Shown here piece by piece: positions 25,779 through 32,176 of a stretch of DNA of 32,176 nucleotides (the first letter of the stretch is position 1; every line of letters begins with the position of its first letter). This DNA comes from Candidatus Latescibacterota bacterium (lineage in GTDB: Bacteria > Krumholzibacteriota > Krumholzibacteriia > Krumholzibacteriales > WJIX01): assembly GCA_030643145.1 (NCBI GenBank), contig DAOWMJ010000002.1, positions 1-32,176 on the forward strand, read 5' to 3'. The position numbers and the translations under genes are program-made. The notes under the pieces are model-generated. The model did no database searches, was not told where the DNA came from, and saw nothing but the letters and a program-made list of their open reading frames with translations.

Positions 25779-27818
25779 ATGTTTAACAGCAGAAGTATAT
25801 TGCTTCTGTACGTTATTTTTGCCGCGATGATTGTTGTGGCTATAATTGTCCCCTTTTCAACCGCACTACTGGTTCTTCTGGCGGGGGTTACTGTTGTTTC
25901 CATTATTACTATTCGAACCTACAAAAATCACAGTGGAAGGGTAGAGAATATTCGAAGAAGACTTTCCAATCTTAAAAGTGAGGGATTGTTCGTTGATAAT
26001 CGAATAATTGAGGAAGAAGATATATTTTATAATATTTCGCTGGCAATTTTAAAAGATCTGGAAAGAACAATCTTTAAACTTGTCGAGAAAAATGTTCAGC
26101 TTCTTAGCCTAAAAGAAATTGGAAGAACTATTATAAGTTCTCTTGATGAGAAGAAACTTATCGAATCAGTTTTTGATTATCTTATGCGCGGCATTGGTTA
26201 TAAAGAAGTTGCTTTTATAATTGTGCGAAGAAAAGCAGAAACACTGCAAGGAATAGTTAGTATAGAGAAAAACAATAAGATTAGTAAAAGTGTTGTTAAT
26301 TTTGATATTAAAGATCTCAAAGGCGCAATTTTTAATTCGTTAAAGACAGGAAAATCTTTTTTGATAAAGGATATTGATCTGCATCCTATTGAAGAAATTG
26401 ACAAGAAAAAACTTTTCCCAGGCAGCACTATGTCATCGTATATTTGTGTGCCTCTTGTAAAATCTTCGGGGAAGCCTGAGTTAGAAGAAATAAACCATTG
26501 TGTTTTGAACAGAGGAATCGACGGGGAAAATAAGAATTTGGGAGATCTGTACTTGACCGACTGTAAGTGTTTATCATGTCAACAGATGTCTCTTTTGGGC
26601 CTTTTAATAGTAACAGACGGGTACAGAGCTACACCACTCACAAATATTGATCAAGTTACAGTAGAAACTGTCGGATCTCTTGTAAGCTCAAACATTGAGA
26701 ATTTGCTACTTTACCAAGAATTAAGACAGGCCGAGAAATTTAGGGAAAAGGTTTTTGAGGGTATGACACATGGGCTTGTTGTTACGGATCTCAATGGAAA
26801 GATTAACTTCGCGAACAGAAGCGCAAAATTAATGACTCAGATGGATATATATATATTGGAGAAACTTACTGTTTTTGATCTTGTACGTGATATGGATTCA
26901 GATAAAAATGGCTCATATTTTTTTGATATGCTTCAGAGGGATGATACTGTTACATTTCACGAAGGTTATCTAAAGAGGGCGGATGGCTATGATATTCCGA
27001 TAAGATTGAATATCTCGAAATTCCTTGGTGAAAATAATGAAGTAAAGGGAGCGATTGTACTTTTTGTAGATTTAAGCGTTATCAAAAAAATGGAGGAAGA
27101 GATACGCCACCTTGATCGTCTTGCTCTTCTTGGTAGATTTACTTCAGCAATCGCCCATGAAATTCGAAATCCTCTAACCGGTATAGGCGCGGGAGTACAA
27201 TATTTAAGGAGGAGCAGTAAATTTTCCGACGAGCAGAACCTTAGTATAAACTCTATTCTAAGTGAGGTTGAGAGGTTGGATAGAATTATTTCAGACCTTT
27301 TCAAGGTTGCTAAACCAAGGGATATATTGTATCAAAAAGTTGATCTCTCTGAATTAATCGAGAGGAGTTATAATTCCGTAAAGGAGTTGTTTGCTAAAAA
27401 GGGAGTTGAGTTTATAAAAGATATCGATGATAATATACTACCCATTGAAGTTGATCCTGACCAGATGATTCAGGTATTAATTAACCTTATAAAGAACGGG
27501 GTAGAAGCGACAGGGAAAGGCGGCAAAGTAATAGCAAGAGGAAAATACTATAATGAAGTTGTTAATGAGAGAAATATCAAAGAAAAGAAAAAAATCATAC
27601 GAATTGAGATTATAGATAATGGAACAGGAATAGATGAAAAAAGTATTGAAAGGATATTTGAACCATTCTTTTCAAAGAAGAGTCAAGGGACAGGGTTGGG
27701 TCTCTTTGTCTCACACAGCATTATACAGCATCATCATGGTAAGATCGATGCTTTTTCAAGAGAAAACGAAGGAACAACTATTCAAATAAACTTACCTGTA
27801 AATAAACATGAAAGGTGA
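25779..27818 (+). CDS. Sensor histidine kinase (2 TM, GAF-like, PAS, HisKA, HATPase_c)
   Basis: Two adjacent N-terminal TM helices precede a GAF-like region and a PAS domain (FEGMTHGLVVTDLNGKINFANRSA). The H-box is FTSAIAHEIRNPLTGI, the N-box is QVLINLIKNGVEA, G1 is DNGTGI and G2 is GTGLGL. Confidence 0.9.
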   Translation: MFNSRSILLLYVIFAAMIVVAIIVPFSTALLVLLAGVTVVSIITIRTYKNHSGRVENIRRRLSNLKSEGLFVDNRIIEEEDIFYNISLAILKDLERTIFKLVEKNVQLLSLKEIGRTIISSLDEKKLIESVFDYLMRGIGYKEVAFIIVRRKAETLQGIVSIEKNNKISKSVVNFDIKDLKGAIFNSLKTGKSFLIKDIDLHPIEEIDKKKLFPGSTMSSYICVPLVKSSGKPELEEINHCVLNRGIDGENKNLGDLYLTDCKCLSCQQMSLLGLLIVTDGYRATPLTNIDQVTVETVGSLVSSNIENLLLYQELRQAEKFREKVFEGMTHGLVVTDLNGKINFANRSAKLMTQMDIYILEKLTVFDLVRDMDSDKNGSYFFDMLQRDDTVTFHEGYLKRADGYDIPIRLNISKFLGENNEVKGAIVLFVDLSVIKKMEEEIRHLDRLALLGRFTSAIAHEIRNPLTGIGAGVQYLRRSSKFSDEQNLSINSILSEVERLDRIISDLFKVAKPRDILYQKVDLSELIERSYNSVKELFAKKGVEFIKDIDDNILPIEVDPDQMIQVLINLIKNGVEATGKGGKVIARGKYYNEVVNERNIKEKKKIIRIEIIDNGTGIDEKSIERIFEPFFSKKSQGTGLGLFVSHSIIQHHHGKIDAFSRENEGTTIQINLPVNKHER

Positions 27819-27825
27819 TTAGAAA

Positions 27826-29238
27826 GTGAAACCAGTAGTTCTTCTTGTTGATGATGAAAAAACTATAAGACTGTTTCTGGAAAAAACCCTTAAAGATGAC
27901 GGGTATGAGACCTTTACGGCCGCAAATGGTGAGGAAGCTTTTCAAATAGTTGAGAAAGAGCTTCCCGATCTAGTGCTTCTTGACCTTAAGCTTCCTGATA
28001 TTAGCGGGTTGGAGGTGTTGGAAAAGGTAAAAAAAGAGTATCCGGAGATTTGTATTATTATGCTGACAGCCTTTGCAGATATTGAAACGGCAGTTTCTGC
28101 TATGAGAAAGGGGGCATTCGATTTTATAAGTAAACCGGTTAACCTTGAGCAATTACTTCTTATCGTTGAAAAGGGATTGAACTCTCAAAGATTGAACAGG
28201 GAACTTATTAATCTGCGAAGGCGGCTTGAGTTGGATTTTGGCAAAGATTATGTGCCCAGTGTCAGCGAAAGGATGAAGAAGATATACAAAACCGTTAAAA
28301 CAGTAGCAGGGAGTGGAACAACAACTGTATTGATTCAGGGTGAGAGTGGGACAGGCAAAGAAATAATTTCTAATATGATACATAAATTCAGTGAACGAAG
28401 AGATGGTCCATTTATGGAAATAAATTGCGCTTCTCTACCTGAAGAACTACTTGAGAGTGAGCTTTTCGGACATGAAAAAGGAGCATTTACCGACGCTAAA
28501 GAGCGAAAAAGAGGGTTGCTGGAACTGGCAAACAAAGGGACACTATTCCTTGATGAGATAGGTGAAATGAGTAAAACAATACAGGTTAAATTTCTTAGGG
28601 TGTTGGAAAAAATGACATTTAGAAGGGTGGGGGGAACAAAGGATTTAAGTGTTGATGTGCGAATTATTTCAGCTACAAACAAAAATCTTGAAGAAGCTGT
28701 ATATAATAATGAATTCCGAAAAGATCTTTATTACAGGTTAAAGGTAATCCCAATAGATATTCCTCCCTTGCGTGAAAGAAAAGAGGATTTATTTATTTTT
28801 ATGAAGCATTTTCTGAATAAATTCAATAAACAGTTCAGCAAGAACTTTCAGGAGATAAGCGATGATGCCTTTAAAGCAATACTAAAATACGAATGGCCCG
28901 GGAATATTAGAGAGTTAAAAAATGCTGTAGAAAGAATAGTACTATTAGAAGACGACGTGATTTTAAGAATAGAACATCTCCCGAACAGTATTCTAAAAAA
29001 TACTATTAATGATAATGATCAATTTACAATACTTAACAAGATAGAGGTTGCACTGAGCAAACCTTACCCAGAAGAGGGCGTTCCGTTTGAAGATCTTATA
29101 CTCTCATTGGAGAAGGACTTAATTAAAAAGGCAATGAGAGAAGTGAATGAAAATCAGAGTAAAGCAGCAAGATTACTATGTTTAAAACGAGATAAATTAC
29201 GTTATAGATTGAAGAACTTTGATTTGGAGCTGCGATAG
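27826..29238 (+). CDS. Sigma-54-dependent response regulator (NtrC family: REC, AAA+, Fis-type HTH)
   Basis: The REC domain shows VLLVDDE, LLDLKLPD and ISKP. The AAA+ domain shows GESGTGKE, ELFGHEKGAFTDA (a GAFTGA variant), LFLDEIGEM and RIISATN. The C-terminal HTH is NQSKAARLLCLKRDKLRYRLKNF. GTG start. Confidence 0.95.
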   Translation: MKPVVLLVDDEKTIRLFLEKTLKDDGYETFTAANGEEAFQIVEKELPDLVLLDLKLPDISGLEVLEKVKKEYPEICIIMLTAFADIETAVSAMRKGAFDFISKPVNLEQLLLIVEKGLNSQRLNRELINLRRRLELDFGKDYVPSVSERMKKIYKTVKTVAGSGTTTVLIQGESGTGKEIISNMIHKFSERRDGPFMEINCASLPEELLESELFGHEKGAFTDAKERKRGLLELANKGTLFLDEIGEMSKTIQVKFLRVLEKMTFRRVGGTKDLSVDVRIISATNKNLEEAVYNNEFRKDLYYRLKVIPIDIPPLRERKEDLFIFMKHFLNKFNKQFSKNFQEISDDAFKAILKYEWPGNIRELKNAVERIVLLEDDVILRIEHLPNSILKNTINDNDQFTILNKIEVALSKPYPEEGVPFEDLILSLEKDLIKKAMREVNENQSKAARLLCLKRDKLRYRLKNFDLELR

Positions 29239-29281
29239 AGGAGCAAAAGAGGTGCCAGGGGTTAAGTCTATAATTTTAGAA

Positions 29282-29782
29282 ATGAGTATTTGTCTGATTT
29301 TTATCTTCGTTAGTTTGTCTTCCTGCGGATATTATAGCACTACGAGTAGAACTGCCGGTGATATAAAAGCTATCAGTGTTCCCTATCTTGGGAATGAAAC
29401 TCCTGAACCGAATATTGAGATCGACATAACCCAAAGAATAATTGATGGTATAATTGAGGACAATACATTAAAAGTAGTTTCTGATGAAGACGCGGACGCT
29501 GTCCTGGAAGGAACAATAGTTGAATATAGGAATGATCCATTCACATTTTCCAAGAGCTCCGCAGAAGATATTCAAGCTGAACAATACAGATTGATTATTA
29601 GGCTTAGGGTTTCACTTTTTGATAAAAAGAAAAATGAATATGTTTGGAAAAACAAGACTATAAAAGGGCATGGAGATTATTATCTTGAATCGAGCCAGGA
29701 ACAGAATTATGAAAAAGCCCTTGAATTTCTTTATGTTGATTTGGTGAATGGCATTTTGTCGAACACCGTTCAGGATTGGTGA
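29282..29782 (+). CDS. lptE: LptE-like outer-membrane lipoprotein
   Basis: The lipobox is in MSICLIFIFVSLSSCGYY. The sequence ISVPYLGNET...ADAVLEGTIVEYRNDPF...YRLIIRLRVSLFD resembles the LptE pattern. It sits immediately upstream of holA, as in the E. coli leuS-lptE-holA group. The ORF-track start at 29219 overlaps the regulator gene. Confidence 0.55.
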   Translation: MSICLIFIFVSLSSCGYYSTTSRTAGDIKAISVPYLGNETPEPNIEIDITQRIIDGIIEDNTLKVVSDEDADAVLEGTIVEYRNDPFTFSKSSAEDIQAEQYRLIIRLRVSLFDKKKNEYVWKNKTIKGHGDYYLESSQEQNYEKALEFLYVDLVNGILSNTVQDW

Positions 29783-29785
29783 AAA

Positions 29786-30826
29786 ATGGTTTCAATTCTT
29801 GGTAAATATAAGAAAATATTCGCGAGTATCGATAAAGATAATAAAGCATCTGTTTATCTTCTTAAGGGAAGAGAAAAATTTATTATGGAACAGTTTGCGG
29901 ATAAACTTGTTTCCTCAACTATTGACGACAGTACACGCTCCTTTAATCTTAGTGTCACATATGCGGGTGAGATTGATATGGGAGAGTTTCTCTCAACGGC
30001 AAATGAGTTTCCATTTATGGCTGATAAAAGGGTTCTGATTCTTAAAGAATTAGAACAGATGCGAGTAAACTGTGGACAACTTTCAGAATATTGCTTAAAG
30101 CCCGTTCTGACCAGTGTTGTTGTCTTTATTTTTAATACTCATACTCAAGGGGGAAGAAGAATTAATCCGCCTCGCGGCTTCCAGAAACTTGAAAATATCA
30201 TTAAAAAGAATGGCTCTGTAATAGAATTCCAAAAACTATATGAAAAGGATCTCCAGCGATGGATTATTCAGAAATCCAGGGCTATGGGAGTACAAATGAG
30301 CACAGACGCTAGCAGAGTTCTTGTCGAGAGTATAGGAGAGAACATATATGATCTTAAAAATGAACTTGATAAGATTGCTATTGTTTATCAGGATGAAAAA
30401 ATAGATTCTGATGATTTGATGAAGGTTATCGGAAGCTATAGATTTAGCGGAATATACGATCTTATCGACAGTTTGAGTCCGGATACAGAGAGTAAATCGC
30501 TTGATGTTTTATTTAAGATTATTAATTCTGGAACAGAAAGATCTTCTGTGATAATATACAATCTGATTAGAAATTTTATAATATTATTGAAAATCAAGCA
30601 CGGATACAGAACTGATGGATATTGGTTTGAGAAGAGAAAGAAACAGTCGGATTTATATACAAAAAAAGAAATTATTCTGTGGCTTGAAAATCTTCGTATG
30701 GCTGATTTGAAAATAAAAAGCAGTTCTTTACCTGAAGATTTAATAATTATCAGTTGTTTTATACATTCGTTTAAAAATAAATTATTTGAAACTCCTGTAA
30801 ATCTGAATGCGTTGAAAGTTGGGTAA
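29786..30826 (+). CDS. holA: DNA polymerase III delta subunit
   Basis: 346 aa. The N-terminal clamp-loader-like region (VYLLKGREKFIMEQFADKL, FPFMADKRVLILKE), the size and the lptE-holA synteny all support the call. Confidence 0.8.
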   Translation: MVSILGKYKKIFASIDKDNKASVYLLKGREKFIMEQFADKLVSSTIDDSTRSFNLSVTYAGEIDMGEFLSTANEFPFMADKRVLILKELEQMRVNCGQLSEYCLKPVLTSVVVFIFNTHTQGGRRINPPRGFQKLENIIKKNGSVIEFQKLYEKDLQRWIIQKSRAMGVQMSTDASRVLVESIGENIYDLKNELDKIAIVYQDEKIDSDDLMKVIGSYRFSGIYDLIDSLSPDTESKSLDVLFKIINSGTERSSVIIYNLIRNFIILLKIKHGYRTDGYWFEKRKKQSDLYTKKEIILWLENLRMADLKIKSSSLPEDLIIISCFIHSFKNKLFETPVNLNALKVG

Positions 30827-30872
30827 GCAAAGGTAATCATTGAGAATGTTAGCAGAAGGGAAGAATTAATCG

Positions 30873-31208
30873 ATGAGTCTACAGCTCAAGGAGATTGGAG
30901 ACAGTGATTTTGATATTTTTATTAGCGAATCGAAACAACCTGTAGTAGTAGATTTTTGGGCTACATGGTGTATTCCATGCCAACAACTTGGAGAGATAAT
31001 TGAAGAGGTGGCGGAAAATTACAAGGGGGAAATATCGTTTTGCAAAGTGAACGTGAATGATAATAATAGAATAACTACGAAGTATGCGGTAAGAAATATC
31101 CCGCTTTTACTCTTTTTTGAGAATGGTAAACTTGTAGACAGAACCGCAGGGGCAATATCAAAGAACCTGCTGGAAGAAAAACTGAACAAACTTGTTAAAT
31201 TGGTTTAA
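30873..31208 (+). CDS. trxA: Thioredoxin (active site WCIPC)
   Basis: 111 aa. The sequence PVVVDFWATWCIPCQQL...KVNVNDNNRITTKYAVRNIPLLLFFENGKLVDR matches the thioredoxin fold signature. Confidence 0.9.
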   Translation: MSLQLKEIGDSDFDIFISESKQPVVVDFWATWCIPCQQLGEIIEEVAENYKGEISFCKVNVNDNNRITTKYAVRNIPLLLFFENGKLVDRTAGAISKNLLEEKLNKLVKLV

Positions 31209-31253
31209 AAAATTCCGCGGCAAAATTCGCGCTATTAAAAAACTTGACCATCA

Positions 31254-31275
31254 TTTTAGATATGAGTATCTAAAA
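31254..31275. promoter_or_regulatory. Perfect 9-4-9 palindrome (operator-like) next to a TTGACC hexamer
   Basis: The palindrome TTTTAGATA-TGAG-TATCTAAAA begins 4 nt after TTGACC (31244-31249). It lies about 30 nt upstream of the TusA-like gene. It is too AT-rich for a stable terminator hairpin. Confidence 0.3.
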
Positions 31276-31305
31276 TGTTAAAATAAAAGAAGTGAGGTGG
31301 TATTA

Positions 31306-31548
31306 GTGATACAAGAGGAAGAAAGAATAATAGCTAGAGGCCTTCATGCTCCAGGACCTTTGTTGATGGTCAAAAAGAGATTAAAAGAAATTGAAATTAC
31401 CGGAACCCTTCGTGTTATTGTGTCTTCACTTGAAGCAGCGGAGGAATTGGTAGATTATTTTCAGTCGAATTCCACTGATTCCGAACTTGACAGAGCTGGA
31501 GACGACTATCATGTAATAGTTAATCTGGATAGTTATAAGGAAGTGTGA
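31306..31548 (+). CDS. TusA/SirA-fold protein lacking the catalytic cysteine
   Basis: [29 protein letters not shown] aligns with the TusA signature GLxCPxPLLxxKKxL...GExLxVxxDD, but Ala replaces Cys. GTG 31306 lies 6 nt after GAGGTGG. The ORF track starts at GTG 31297. Confidence 0.55.
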   Translation: MIQEEERIIARGLHAPGPLLMVKKRLKEIEITGTLRVIVSSLEAAEELVDYFQSNSTDSELDRAGDDYHVIVNLDSYKEV

Positions 31549-31550
31549 CG

Positions 31551-32176
31551 TTGAGTAATACCTTTAATTTCAAAGAAATAGAATCCAAGTGGCAGACGCG
31601 CTGGAAGAATGTTTTTAATTGTAACCTCGAGCTTGAAGGTAATGAATATTACTGTTTGATGATGTTTCCCTATCCTTCGGGAAATCTTCATGTAGGGCAC
31701 GGAAGGAATTATATTATTGGAGATGCTCTGGCAAGAATTAAAATGATGGAAGGTTTTAATGTCCTTGCTCCTATGGGTTGGGATTCTTTTGGTTTACCCG
31801 CGGAAAACGCGGCGATAAAAAATAAAATCAAACCATCCGTTTGGACTGATAATAACATTGCCAATATGAAAAAACAGTTTCGCAGATGGGGAGTAATCTA
31901 CGATTGGGAAAAGGAAATAGCTTCTTGTAAACCTGAATATTACAAGTGGACACAATGGCTATTTGTTAAATTGTATAAATCTGGATTGGCATATCGAAAG
32001 GAGGCTTCTGTCAATTGGTGCCCTTCGTGCAAAACTGTTCTGGCGAATGAACAAGTTGTAAACAATGAGTGTGAAAGGTGTGGAGCTACAGTTAAATTAA
32101 GGGATCTGAAGCAGTGGTTTTTCAAAATCACAGAATATGCCGACAGGTTACTTGATGATCTTTCCGAACTTGAAAA
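31551..32176 (+). CDS. leuS: Leucine--tRNA ligase, 5' part (runs off the window)
   Basis: The open frame reads [15 protein letters not shown]...[17 protein letters not shown] (HIGH motif)...[13 protein letters not shown]...[14 protein letters not shown]. The start is TTG 31551 or GTG 31545. There is no stop before the window end. Confidence 0.95.
   Translation, partial: MSNTFNFKEIESKWQTRWKNVFNCNLELEGNEYYCLMMFPYPSGNLHVGHGRNYIIGDALARIKMMEGFNVLAPMGWDSFGLPAENAAIKNKIKPSVWTDNNIANMKKQFRRWGVIYDWEKEIASCKPEYYKWTQWLFVKLYKSGLAYRKEASVNWCPSCKTVLANEQVVNNECERCGATVKLRDLKQWFFKITEYADRLLDDLSELE

Noticed and set aside
15617-29238. tRNA-Arg-anchored genomic island carrying the EPS locus.
   Set aside because: No integrase, recombinase or IS genes are present. 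I found no direct repeat of the tRNA 3' end near the distal boundary (about 29.2 kb). Gene orientation and style look continuous with the flanks. I could not compute composition, so this is unsupported rather than excluded.
1-32176. CRISPR arrays, IS elements or transposases, prophage or defence-system genes, rRNA, and riboswitches (TPP before dxs, c-di-GMP, T-box before pheS).
   Set aside because: I saw no short direct-repeat/spacer periodicity and no transposase, integrase or nuclease-helicase defence signatures in any ORF. The relevant leaders are too short (dxs 20 nt; pheS overlaps rplT) or lack the conserved riboswitch cores on visual inspection.

Overview
This is an AT-rich 32-kb chromosomal segment in which every credible gene lies on the plus strand. 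All calls come from reading motifs and synteny by eye; no database search was run.

The host looks like a diderm bacterium, because Wza-like and LptE-like genes are present. It also carries small-protein families I associate with the FCB superphylum (DUF4834-like, DUF5683-like).

- **Left half (1-15.7 kb), housekeeping:** rplT(3' end)-pheS-pheT, a ZapB-like coiled coil plus zapA, a 385-bp non-coding gap, then rny-ymdB. This is followed by folD-xseA-xseB-ispA-(DUF212-like)-dxs-nadK-recN. A tRNA-Arg(CCG) has its 5' end overlapping the last 23 nt of recN.
- **Middle (15.7-29.2 kb), most interesting:** an envelope and exopolysaccharide locus.
  - It opens with two small, translationally coupled membrane proteins.
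  - A near-perfect sigma-54 (-24/-12) promoter precedes a GAF-GGDEF diguanylate cyclase. An SDR sugar-nucleotide epimerase, a Wza-like exporter, a Wzz/PCP co-polymerase and a separate BY-tyrosine kinase follow.
  - Two uncharacterised envelope proteins come next: a tandem DUF5683-like membrane protein and a triple-FN3 lipoprotein.
  - A second well-spaced sigma-54 promoter, with an upstream 7-4-7 palindrome, precedes a priming sugar-phosphate transferase. A GAF/PAS histidine kinase and an NtrC-type sigma-54 activator complete the locus.
  - No flippase, polymerase or further glycosyltransferases are present.
- **Right end:** lptE-like, holA, trxA (WCIPC), a Cys-less TusA-like gene and the 5' part of leuS.

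I saw no CRISPR array, IS element, integrase or rRNA.
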